A stretch of 64,000 nucleotides of DNA from Camelus dromedarius (Eukaryota): contig NC_087437.1 of the NCBI RefSeq assembly GCF_036321535.1, forward strand, positions 122,452,001 through 122,516,000, written 5' to 3'. Made by a program: the position numbers and the translations under genes. Positions 24,803 through 35,832 of the stretch are shown here, one piece after another (position 1 is the first letter of the stretch; each line of letters starts with the position of its first letter). The notes under the pieces were generated by a model, which was not told the origin of the DNA, did not search any database, and was given only the letters and a program-made list of their open reading frames with translations.

Positions 24803-24926
24803 GACCCCCAGTGCCGCAGCGGCAGCAGTCCTCACCCGACGCCAGCGAGTCCCCACCGACCCGGGACGTGTCCTCCAGCCACGCCAGGGACCCTGTGGCA
24901 AAAGCCTCCCCACGCAGAAGGGAAAG
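24803..24926 (+). CDS. PCNT: Pericentrin exon (124 nt, phase 1-2)
   Basis: PPVPQRQQSSPDASESPPTRDVSSSHARDP; donor AG|gtgagt; acceptor is either before 24803 or before in-frame 24812. Confidence 0.83.
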
Positions 24927-26596
24927 GTGAGTTGTGGTGCCTTTGGCTGCTTTTCCAGTGCAAGAATGAACGGGGCCTCGGGTGTAGCCGTCGGTGGGAG
25001 CCCGTCTGCAGAGACAAGGCCGTCCATGGAGGTGTGTGTCCTGGGCAGTTTGTGGGGGTGCCCAGGCACACATGAACCCCCACATGTACACACATACACA
25101 CGTGCAAGGCCTTAGTGTGAACTTCACATGATCTCTTTTCTTTGGAGTTTGGGATTTTATTGCACATGTGATATATCTTTAGACTTACGATCCACTTGGC
25201 AATTGAGATGTTACAGTGGTAAGGTTAAATATCCATAACGTATTTGGGGGAAAACCCATTATCAATGAAAATACAATTAAGGGGACTTGTTGGTTGGATT
25301 GTAGGATGTAATTTTGTGTAAAAATTGCTGTGAAGAAAGTCTTCCCTGATGGCTTTGATGGTCTGGGCTGTGGTTGGTGTCACTGTCACATTCTGAGGCC
25401 CTGGGGTCACGCAGTGGTCTGGTGTGGCCTGTTGTGCGGGGCTGACCCTTCACTGTCTTCATCGTGATAAGACTTCTCATCCCAGTGCAGCTCGTGGAAG
25501 ACGTGACTCTTTCTCCAGGTCGAACCACGTAAATGACACGAATCACCCTACCAGAGGCTTGAATATGATGATGAGTCATTTATTTAATTCTTTCAACTCT
25601 GACTTTTCCAATATTTGGAACCTTCCCTTGAGATGAACAGAAACGCCCATTTGTCTGTGGTGTTGCACGCGCACGCAGAGGCTCCCGCCAGCGCATCGGC
25701 TCCGATCTCTGCGTGTGCTCCCCCAGGGTTCTAAAGGGAGCTTGTTGGAGGGAAATGCGTCCTCCACCTCTGCCATCAGACCAGCAGGGATGAGATGCTG
25801 GCCTCTGGTGATGGTGGGCACTCTGTACGAGCTGCGTGGTAAGAGCGAGCCAGCCTTGGGCGGCCCCTCCATGATGGGAGAAGCCGCAGCCATGGCGGCC
25901 CCGGCAGCCAGGAGCCGTCTCTGAGCAGGCCGAGGTCCCCGCTCACCGTGCGTCTCTGCTGACAGTGTCCCAGCAGAGTCTGTGCTCCTCGGGGAGATGC
26001 ACATTGAAGGTGTTGGTCCCAGAGTAAGGCAGGGGCCGCAGCAGCGTGAGTCTGTTCTCTGTCTGGTTGTGGCTCCCTGGGGCCCAGGTTGGCGATTCCT
26101 TTGAAAGAACAGACGAGGCCCAGGCCTCTTTCATGTGGATGGTTAAGAACCACTCCCTGCCCTGGAGAGAAAGCGAACAGTGATGCAGACGGGGCTCCCT
26201 GGGCCCAGCTGGAGGCCAGGAGCGAGGGGCCAGGCAGTGGGACAGTTTGTGCTGGTCAGGGAGGGGCGCCGCACAGGGCACAGAGGTGTGGGTCTTAGGG
26301 ACACTGGGCAGAATCCGGTGGGGGTAATAGATTCCTACTTGAAGATTTAGTGAAGTAAATATATGATAGTTTTTACTTGTTTTAACTCGAAGACGTTGTA
26401 TAGAAGTTGGTTTTTAAAGCACTATGTAGCATCTTTTTAAAAAAGCCTTTCTTTTGAGGTAAATAAGAAATATGGAGGTACCAGCCACCTGCTTTTCCCC
26501 GTTTCCCCAGCGCCACTGCCGTCTGCGCTCACTGCATTCAGACCATCTGCTGAGCTCAACTCTGTTTGTTTCTTGGTGTGGTTCATCTGTATCAAG

Positions 26597-26724
26597 ATCC
26601 ATTTCATTTCTGAATTCCAGATCAGAAAGATCCCTGACTGCTTCTCAAGATCCGGAACATTCCTTGACGGAATATATTCATCATTTAGAAATGATCCAGC
26701 AAAGACTAGAAGGCGTCCCACCAG
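26597..26724 (+). CDS. PCNT: Pericentrin penultimate exon (128 nt, phase 2-1)
   Basis: NSRSERSLTASQDPEHSLTEYIHHLEMIQQRLEGVPP; donor G|gtacta. Confidence 0.93.
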
Positions 26725-27139
26725 GTACTAAAAGTCCTGTTTTCTGAAGTAGTCTCACTGGTCCAGGAGTGTGCAGTGTGAGGAGGACTGCTAGTGGCCA
26801 GCTAGTTTCAGTCTGGCTGACCAGCCATCACAGGTGGGACCGGAAGATGGGTGACGAATGTCGGAGGTGCCTTCAGGACGCGCTGTGGCGGGGTTGGAGC
26901 TGCTCGGGCACCAGCCAGGTCTCTCTCTCTCTCTCTCTCTCAGCGAACGTGAAGATGGTGTTTCAGCCGGGATGGAGTTTGTCCAGTGGGTCTTAATCTT
27001 CCCTTAAACCACTGTGTGTTTTAATTGTAATTCTTATTTTTACCAAAAATAAGTTAATTCAGTGTTAGCATTTTAAAATTGGGAAATTCTTCCTAAAAGA
27101 CTTCTGACAAATTGCTACCTCATTTCTATTTGTATTTAG

Positions 27140-27183
27140 ATTCTACTTCAAAGAAACCCTGCTACCAGAAGACGAAACAGTGA
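27140..27183 (+). CDS. PCNT: Pericentrin terminal coding exon with stop codon
   Basis: tgtatttag|AT TCT ACT TCA AAG AAA CCC TGC TAC CAG AAG ACG AAA CAG TGA (DSTSKKPCYQKTKQ*). Confidence 0.93.
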
Positions 27184-27541
27184 ATAAAATCCTTGTGGCT
27201 CCGACCTGTGATCATTCTATTTGAGGAGAAGATTTGATTTTCTGAGGAACGCTCATGTGTGGCACATGTCCGAGGCGCCAGCCCCTAGGTGTCCTCATCT
27301 TCATGCTGCTACAAAGCCAAATGGAGTATTTTCTATGTAATTTCAGTGCGTTTTAGCTTCTTGACTTGGAGGGGTTGCCACGTGCTCATGAGTGACAGGC
27401 AGCTGGCCGGTTCTGTGTCGGCAGAGCCACCCTGGCCACCTCCATGGAGGGTGAGCAGGGGGTGGCTTCCTGATGTTTATTTTCTTAAAAGTGCACTGGT
27501 GGAAACTTGGTTTAAGAACAAAAACATAAACAAAAAGAGAT

Positions 27542-27570
27542 AATAAAATCAAAGCCTTCTTGTGTTTGTG
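27542..27570 (+). terminator. PCNT: Likely main PCNT polyadenylation signal and GU-rich downstream element
   Basis: AATAAA at 27542-27547 followed by ...ccttcttgtgtttgtg; another AATAAA at 27622-27627. Confidence 0.65.
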
Positions 27571-28739
27571 AATAGCCCTTGTTTTTTAGTTTTATCTAGT
27601 TTCCTTTATCACTGGCAAAAAAATAAAACATAGACTTAGAATTTATATTAAACTCCTGCAAGTCAGAAATTTTCAGTGGAACTGAAAGCACTCTTCACCT
27701 GGTAAGACAAACGGCCACTTGTGCACCGGTTAATCGTGACTGGTTTATTCCGCTTTTCTGAGCTGCTGCCACCGTGTATTTACTTCTCACGCCGTGGCCT
27801 TCTGCATTTTGCTCATGCCCACTCGTGCCACGTGGTAGTATCTACTCGGCACCCTTTGCCCAAAAGTCTGCCTGCCATGTAGTATTAGTAAGTGTCTCGG
27901 TGTGTTTCTGGGACCCTTGAACATGACATTTACTCTGCTGTGCTTGGTTTTAATATTAAGCTCCTTTTTTCTAAACCACCACTTACGTATTTTGGGGAGA
28001 TATTTTCTCTCAACCTACAACATGGTGCAAGTCTGCATTTTCTGCCTCGCAGTCACACTGCCGGGGTCGCTGTCTACAACCTTCCCTGTTTCCTCCGAGG
28101 CCTGCATTCTGCTGCTCGACGCTGCTGAAGCCGAAATCTTGATGGGCCTCTGGAGGAGGGACCCGAGAACTGTCCCTCACTTTCCACATCCGGAGGGATG
28201 ATGACTGAGGTTGGTTGTCAAGTGTGGCAAAAACGAACTTCCACGTGCACCAGTCTCAAGCTAATAAGGGAAGGAGGGCTTATTTAAAGCCACTAGTGGA
28301 CGTGACCATGACGCCAGCTCGTTACCCTGGGGGTTGATAATTAAAAAGAAAGAGACATTCCCTGGTTTTCATGGGAGAATGCGGGTCACACTTGCTGATG
28401 AGGGAAGTTCTTCACAGTAAAGCACTAGCTGACAAGCCAGAGGGGACAATACAATTAGAGAATCTCCAACTCTGCAGCCCCCGCAAAATAATCACTTCTG
28501 GTCAGGCTCAGTGGCAGGTCCTAAACTAAGGCGACGTTCGGGGGAGTGGGACTTCCAACAGCACAGGGCCTGGCAGGTCCACTGTGCCGGCGGCTCCTGC
28601 GGCATGCTCCCAGTTTACAGATGGAGGAGCAGGTGACGCGAAACCACGAGGACAGAGACAGACAGGGCCTTCTTTAAGAGACTGGCTGGATTTCACCAAA
28701 TCAACAGTGTTAGAAAACAAAAGTTAGAAGCCTTGTGTT

Positions 28740-29130
28740 CTATGCTGAAAGAATCTAAGGAGTCAAAATCAGTGCATGTGTGAAACTTAGTTCCTAAATT
28801 GGAGGGAAACAGCTGTAAATACATTTCTGGGAGTAACTGGGTGAATCTGAACGTGTACTGAATTGTTAGGGGACGTGGTGGTCATCTTCCTGGGTGTGAC
28901 GATGGCTGGGAGTGCAGCTGTCCCTGGGAGCTGTGCGCTGAACTGTAGGAAAAAGGAGCCACGACCGGAGCAACGGACTGTGAATTGTCCCGTTAGAAAA
29001 AAACACGTGCTTACATGGGTTAAGTAAACATTAGGTAGACATGCAAACTCTTCTAAAAATGTTGAATCTGGATTGAATCATAGTTCATATGCAGTTATTT
29101 TTTCAAATTTCTCATAATGAAAATGAAGAA
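28740..29130 (+). mobile_element. Old L1 (L1MC/ME-like) 3'-end fragment
   Basis: catttctgggagtaactgggtgaatctgaacgtgtactgaattgttag resembles the L1M 3' UTR as recalled. Confidence 0.4.
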
Positions 29131-32100
29131 AACACATCATAGCCAACTGAAGTCTGGCCAGGACATCTCGACCTACTACAGGGTTCTGCGCCTGCCCAGG
29201 CGCGAAAACAAACCACGCTGGGCTTTCACACCAAGGGAATTCGGTACAAAGATGATGGCCGTGGTGATGTGGAGCTGAGACGCGAGGCTGGCAGCACAGG
29301 TGGTAACCCAGAGACAGGCTGTGTCAGAAGCTGCTCTTTCCTTGGGGCTGGAGGGTCAGCAGAGTTGGTACTGGGACAGGGATAGGGTGCCTCTGGCAGG
29401 AGCCAACCCCAGAGGAGATGCATCAGCTCCTAGAGATGCTGCCTGCAGCTCCGTGGAGGGGAGAGGTGCCCTTGCCCTCCTGCCCTCCCGTGCACCAGGC
29501 CCGACGGGGGCAGGCAGGAGTCCATCTGAAGGCACGTCGGCAGATGACCCTTTGGCTACTAAGAATTTGTCCTCATCCACCTGTATTTAATCGCCAAAAC
29601 ACACCTGCCTGATGTGGGGCACAGATTCTTCAAAACAAAGATGCTCGAATCCTCTCCCAAGACCCACGAGGTCAGGTCTCAGTAAGGCAGGCTCTCCAGT
29701 GACCCAGACTTCTCCCTTGTTGCCGGGCCTGACGCCTTGCTAATCTGTGCAGTTAACACACCAGCACACGGGACTGTATGTGGAACGTGGATCTGCTTCT
29801 GGGAAAACCTGTGACTCTTACGGGACGAGTCCAATATTGCGCATGCGGCTGGGCTGAACTTCCCGGTGAAAGGGGCCACACTGGGAGCTCGGCGTTGGTC
29901 TCTTCAGCTGGCAGGTTAGACCTTCAGTGGCAGCAAGTGCTTAGACCAGGCTTTGGTCAGGCAGCCACCCCGTCGGGCCTGTGAACAGCCTCCAGCTCAT
30001 TACGTGGACCGATCGTGCAAGAGATGCTGTCCAGCGTCAGCCTGGCTGTTTAGTACTTGCCCGGACACTCGTGGGCACCAGCGTTTATACAAAGACCATC
30101 CCACTTGGCGCCTATTCCGGTACATCTGCTCACACGTTTCCACCACAGACCTTTGTCCCCAGTTTCCAACTGTGTTCCTTCCAGGCCCTTAACCAGCCAC
30201 CCAGGCCATCCACCACTGCCCGAGTGTCCGTATAGATCCTCACCTTGGGCCACTCCTTACACGCAAATAAGTGAATGACTGGGCACTCTGCCTATTGAGA
30301 GGATATGTCGTTTCAAGGCCACCCTGAGTGAGGCTGTCGTGTAGCTGCTGTCCATTTTCATTTTGAACTCACATACCAAGCCAATCTAGTATGAACCAAG
30401 CTCGAGATTTTTCCTCCTCTGTCAGCTGGTCTTCAAAGCTTCCCCACATGATCCCAGGTGAGATGAGAGAGGCCCTGACACAACAGCAGTGGATGCCGTG
30501 TGGGTCTGGGCCACGTGCTCCGAACAGTCTCACGCTCACTGGAATCTACTACTCTCCACCTTCTGATGGACTGTTGCCAGGCCAATCCGACCTCATGACT
30601 TGGCAGGTTTGGCAGAACCCACCTAACAAAGCGCTGTTTTTTTCTGCATGGTCACCTGGTGTCCCAAGGTCAGGTGTTCCACCTCTAACAGAGCACAGAA
30701 GCACACCAAGGCGGTGGTGTTTCCCCCAAAAGGTACATAACGCCCTGCTCCAAGTATCATGGTGGAACCTAGGGTCGGGCTTTGTGGATCTTCTACTGAG
30801 ATGTGCCAGGAACTCCACATTGCACTGTACCCCGCCAGCAACCGCCAGTACCACCAGCTAGACCACATGGCCCAGGCAGCAGAGCTGCCTGCATCACAGC
30901 CCTGACCTACTACAGAACTCTTCTTGTTCTAGGCTCTTCTCAACCTGGCAGCCTTCCAAATCACCCAGTATTCGGGCCAGAGCAGTATCCCTAAGGTGTG
31001 GAATATGCTGCTTCCAGAACCTGAAGAGGCCCAACAGTGTCTTCCTTTCTTAATGGCTGAAGGTGCAAGACACATTAACTGTCTCCGGCTTTTGGAAGGG
31101 ATGGCCTAGGGTATCACTGGACTCCTAAAAATGTAACACGTAGCAAGTCCTGGAATTTTCATAGGGTTCATCTATTATTCTCTGGAGCACCTGTGTCTTA
31201 CCAAGGCCTCCACCATTGTCATCTCTTGCTCATCTGGCCAATCAACATAATGTTATTGATACAGTGGAACAATGTGATATTCTTCAAGATGGTGAAGTCT
31301 TTGGACTGAGAGAGGGCAAGAAGGGTAACACAGCCTTCATGCAAAACTGTATCTTTGTGAAATGCTTCTAATACTCTTTTCTGACAGAAAAGAGCACCCA
31401 GTCAATAGCCACCTGCCTTGTCTCTACTATCAGGGCTATTATTTGGTTGAGTTTGTAATACGCTGTCATCCTCTGATTCTTGCAGGGGTCATGCTGGTGA
31501 ACTAAAGATTTTGGGGACCGCTATGCTGTATCCTTTAGATCCTTTAAAGTGGCACCAATCTCTGCCATACCCCCCAGCCCTACATGTGATACTGTTTTAT
31601 GATCTTGATAGGAATAGGGCACTTTCTGAGGTTTCCACTTGGCATATTGTGACAGCTCTAAACCTACAGGTCAGGGACCCCACATGAGACTATGTCAATG
31701 CAATTACTCAGTTGGGGACAGGGGAAATGACCACCCAGCAGGTCCAGAGACCCAGTGAACCCGTAAGCTGGACCTTGGGCAGGACCCATTAATTATCTGG
31801 CCACCATATGCAGCCACTCTGACGGGGGAGCCATGGTGATGATCTGGGTGTCTGGATATCAAAATCACCCATCCTCGGCCTTTTTCAGCTGGGAGAAGCC
31901 TCAGTAGCTATCTGTTCCTCTGGGGACACCCTGTTTTATTAGCCATTTCTGCAGCTCTGCACTTATGCTTCCTTGGCTGCCACTCAGACCTTGCTGGCGA
32001 TCGTAACTGTGATACTCTGACTTCTCAGTTAAGTGCTGCCCCTGGCCTCTTGTTGTAGGGCCCTACCACCCCCAGTGCTGTCGCCCAGGCAGGTACTGGA

Positions 32101-32389
32101 GCAGCCTCTCCTGCTGTCCACTCTTGCCTACAGAGCTGAGCCACCACTGAATCACAACACCAATGCCCCTTTCGTCAGCCTGTTTATTTGTAAATGTGTT
32201 ATTTGTGCCTTTATGTGGAATACAATCATCTGGTGGGTCTTCAGGAAGCACAGAGTATTTAAATTTCAGCACAACTATATCCCTGTCTCCTTTACTCCTT
32301 TCCACGAGTCCATCCCAGCAATTTTCTCATTTCAGCTTTTTTTATTGTGGGCCATAGCTTTCTCCGTGTGTAGTGTTTTAAAAATATAT

Positions 32390-32852
32390 CTGCAAATTCT
32401 AACATAGCTCCCTTCAGAAGATGGAGTCTAATTCCTCTTCCCCGACTATAGGTGAGATTTACTAACAGAAGTGGCAGAAGTGATGGTATGTTACTCTTGA
32501 GGGTAGTTCACAAAAAGGCTGTGGCTTTCCTTTGTCTCTGGACAACTGCCCTTGGAACCCAGCCATCCCACTGTGAGGAAGCCTAGGCCACAAGGGGTGG
32601 CCATGTGTGGGTATGCCGGCCAACATTCCTTAATCTGGGCGCCAGGATCAATGGCCAGACATGTGAGTAAATGAACCTTCAGATCATTCCAACCTCTAGC
32701 CTTCAAGCTGCTCCAGCTGAAGCCCCAGATGCTGTGAAACAGATAAGCCGTCCCCACTATGCCCTGACCCACAGTCACCTGGAGAGCTAATAAATGATTC
32801 TCATTTTAAGCCACTAAGTGTGTGTAGTAATTTGTTATGTAGCAAAGGTACA
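32390..32852 (+). mobile_element. MaLR (MLT1-type) solo LTR
   Basis: gcagaagtgatg..., gccatcccactgtgaggaagcc, ttttaagccactaag...gtaatttgttatgtagca resemble MLT1 consensus motifs. Confidence 0.75.
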
Positions 32853-33097
32853 GCACAATTTTAGGAGCCATCCTTTCAGTGAGTTTGCTACCACTCTTTG
32901 CCTGGGTGTTAAATCCTGTATCTTAGAAGACTGCTCATAATAGTCTTCTACCCGATTTTACACTCCAGCTCTCTCTTGAATTCTTCAGCGGTCATGCTGG
33001 TGAACTAAACAAGGATGCTGGGGACCACCACTCAACAAGCACTCATAGTCCCACACAAACTTTCCTAGCTCCTGGCAGCTGGCTGGATCTTACAGCC

Positions 33098-33487
33098 TGT
33101 AATGGGTTGAACTGTGTCCCCCCAAAAGATGTTGACATCCTAATCCCCAGTACCCATTAATATCATCTTACATGGAAATAGGGTCTTTGCAGATGATCAA
33201 ATTAAGATGAATTAATTAGGGTAGGTCCTAATCCAATGACTAGTGTCCTTAAAAACAGGGGATTTGGACACAGAAACAAACAGGGAGAAAGCCATCTGAA
33301 CATGAAGGCAGAGACTGTCATGATGCATCTACAAGCCAAGTAACATCAAAGATTGCCACAAACCACCAGAATACAGCAGACAGGAATGGAACAGACCCTT
33401 CCCTCATAGCTCTCGGTCACCCTGTTCTAACTTCTAGCCTCCAGATCTGTAATACATTTCTGTAAGCAGCCCCAGCAAACTAATGCA
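33098..33487 (+). mobile_element. MaLR (MLT1B/C-like) solo LTR
   Basis: Starts TGtaatgggttgaactgtgtccccccaaaagat, contains ggaaatagggtctttgcagatg, ends gcagccccagcaaactaatgCA. Confidence 0.85.
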
Positions 33488-34184
33488 CAGTGGTTTTTTT
33501 GGGGAGGGGGGGGCGCTTTAGTGTTTTCTATCTCACCATGTTTCCAGCTTAATTATGTTAATAGTCATAATTATATGCCTAGTATCCAATAGGTTGAGGG
33601 AAGGAGTGCTAGGTTGGTAGAGAAAGGTGAGCCACATGGGCAGGTTCCAAAGGTTCAAGGCCGTCTGGGGGAGTCAAAACCTTTGAGGGCATCTACCCTG
33701 ATCTCAGGTATCTCTGGGCCCGGGTCTCCCCAACCAGGGCCCCAAACTTAGTGTAACAGAACTGCCTTGATTGGGTGTTTATCATCTCTGAGGTATTAAT
33801 TCTTAGGTCTGGCCCTTGTCTTTATTGTCTCAATGTAGATCAGAGTTTCTCTGCATGCAACCAAAGTGACTCCATAGCTTCCATGGTGCATTGCTGGCAG
33901 CTGGCAGCTGGCAGCTGTCCATTAAGGACATCAGTAATACTGAGAAATAGCTTCCCAATTCTGTTACCCTTCTGTATAGCTGTTTCCACATTTCCATCAT
34001 ACATAAAGGGCCACTAGTGTATTCCATTTCACTTGACTGGTTCACTCTCCTACTTCAAAATGGGTGAAAAGTTAACAATTAGATCACTTTCAGCCAGAGG
34101 CTGTATGTGTTCACCCACAAGTGGTGAGTGATTCAGCCTCAAACGCCATCTTGTCACCTGCCTTCTCAGACTCCTGGTACCAAC

Positions 34185-34600
34185 TGTTGCAGGATGGTTT
34201 CCCCAGAAACAGACGGTGAGATAGAGTTTGGGGCACAAGCGGTTTACCGGGTGTCAACACGTGTGAAGGGAAGAAGGAGGAAGCAGAGTCGGGCAGAGCC
34301 AGTAGAGGGCTACACCGGCCTAACAACGAAGTTAGTCCGCTGTACCCTGGAGCAGACGCTTCCGAGCAGAGGCCCCCCGCCTGGGCCCAGTGGCCTGATC
34401 TTTGTCCTCCTGCCTGTTCAGCCTCCCCCGGGAGGATCGGCCCGGGACGGTGGCCCTCCGCAGGCAGGTGCGGGGTTCGCGTCCAGCACAGCCCACGGCG
34501 GCACCAGGCAGATGGCTTCCCGACGCTGGGGACCAGCCCCTCCAGGGCTCGGGGGTGGCGAGCGGTCTCAGTTCAGCTGCACCAAGCCCCCAGGCTCCGG
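34185..34600 (-). mobile_element. 5' LTR of the ERVL (LTR16-like), adjacent to PBS
   Basis: Minus strand reads LTR..ACA-GT-TGGTACCAGGAG; plus-strand ggtttccccagaaacagac..gagatagagtttg..tcaacacgtgtgaagggaagaaggaggaagcagagtcgggcagag resembles LTR16; distal end approximate. Confidence 0.7.
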
Positions 34601-35050
34601 ACGTCCGTCTTGCCCGATGTCTGTCCTTGCCCTTCGCCTGAAATGGCCGTGGGCGCGCTTCCGGTCAGTGCCGTGCCTGCCGAGGCTGTTTTAAAAGGCA
34701 GACGGGTTAACACATTCGCGGCGCGTCTACGCGGGACGTCGAAGTTGCCCGGGGCGTCCGGCTGCCCCCACAGCCGCGAGAGTCCGCGAGGGAGGCCGCT
34801 CGAGCCGGGAGGACAGCGTGTGGCGGGGCCCCACGGTCCACGCAGACGCGAGGCCAGTGCCCGCTGCCCCTCCGAGGGGCCTGTGGGAACTCCGCGGACG
34901 CCAGCCCGCCGAGGTTCGCTGCCTCAACGCGAGGTGAGGGGCGCCTCGTGGCCGAGACCGCAGCACCGACGTCGCGCTCAGAGCCAACCCTCCCTCGAAA
35001 CCCCGGTCGCCGGCGCCGAGCCTCTCGGGAGTGACGCTCTCCCCGTTCTC

Positions 35051-35197
35051 CCAATAGGAGCCCTGAGCGGCCTCGCCGCGTCCTCGGGACCAATGGGAAC
35101 TAGCCTCCGGTGTTGCTGGGCGGGGCCGGGCGCCCACTCTGCCGGCGACTCGCCGCGCACGCGCACTCCCCTCCCGCCCTTCCTGCCGCGCACGCGC
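35051..35197 (+). promoter_or_regulatory. DIP2A: Proximal promoter motifs: two CCAAT boxes, GC box, two NRF1-like sites
   Basis: CCAAT at 35051 and 35090; GGGCGGGGC at 35118; GCGCACGCGC at 35155-35164 and 35188-35197; no TATA box seen. Confidence 0.65.
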
Positions 35198-35476
35198 GCT
35201 CCATGTCGGGCTGGCCAGTAGGTCGGGGACGCGCAGGGCGGCGGCGGCGCCCGAGGAGTCGCCGGCGCTCGTGCCCGCGCCCGTGCCCGTGCCCGCGCCC
35301 GCGCGGGTGTGGAGCCGCCTAGGCCGCGCCGCTGCTCGGCGCCTCGGCTACCCGCGGGCCCATGCGAGTCGCCGGACTGAGAGGAGCGATTTAGCGCCCG
35401 CGCCGCCGCCTGGGCTCGGCCTGTCCCCGGCTCAATCCCGCCCGGCTCAAGCGGCCGGCCGGCCTCCCACGGGGCC

Positions 35477-35567
35477 ATGGCCGAGCGCGGCTGCCCGCTG
35501 GAGGCGGTGCCGCTGCCGCCTGAGGTGCGGGAGAGCCTGGCGGAGCTGGAGCTGGAGCTGTCGGAAG
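35477..35567 (+). CDS. DIP2A: DIP2A exon 1 coding part (91 nt), start of DMAP1-binding domain
   Basis: Strong Kozak gccATGG; MAERGCPLEAVPLPPEVRESLAELELELSE; G|gtgagc donor. Confidence 0.97.
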
Positions 35568-35574
35568 GTGAGCG

Positions 35575-35832
35575 CCCGGCCCCTCACACTGGGACTCCGG
35601 CCCCTGAGAGGACCCCGCTCGACCCCTCACACCGCGACCCTAGCCCCCGGGGAGGACCCACCCCCCGACCCCTCACACCGGGACCCCGGCCCCGGAGGGC
35701 ACCCCGCCCGGCCCCTCACACCGGGACCCCAGCCCCCGGGGAGGACCCACCCCCCAGCCCCTCACACCGGGACCCCGGCCCCGGAGGGCACCCCACCGGG
35801 CTCCTCACACCGCGACCCCGCCCCCGGAGGAG
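35575..35832. repeat. GC-rich minisatellite, ~6 units alternating 43 and 46 bp
   Basis: CCTCACAC anchors at 35582, 35625, 35671, 35714, 35760, 35803. Confidence 0.93.

Larger units (their letters stand above)
29600..34184 (-). mobile_element. Decayed ERVL-class endogenous retrovirus internal region (gag-pro-pol), interrupted by MaLR LTRs
   Basis: Minus-strand remnants: protease PVRVAAYGGQIING.. (~31725-31830); RT GMAEIGATLKDLKD (~31525-31571) and RMTAYYKLNQII (~31430-31472); RNaseH PKVRIYTDTRAVVDGLAGWLRAWKEH (~30170-30250); PBS TGGTACCAGGAGT at 34182-34170. Confidence 0.85.

Noticed and set aside
28200..29480. Candidate 3' LTR of the ERVL (LTR-like stretches ~28200-28520 and ~29180-29480)
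   Set aside because: I could not align either to the 34185-34600 LTR by eye; left unassigned
29600..32350. Possible domesticated retroviral gene
   Set aside because: Gag, pro and pol motifs are broken by many stops and frameshifts; no long intact frame on the minus strand
34128..35478. Several 130-200 aa ORFs on both strands upstream of DIP2A
   Set aside because: Expected by chance in a CpG island and LTR; Arg/Pro/Gly/Ala-rich with no domain
35575..35832. Regularly spaced repeats superficially like a CRISPR array
   Set aside because: The intervening sequences are themselves repeated rather than unique spacers; eukaryotic context with no cas genes
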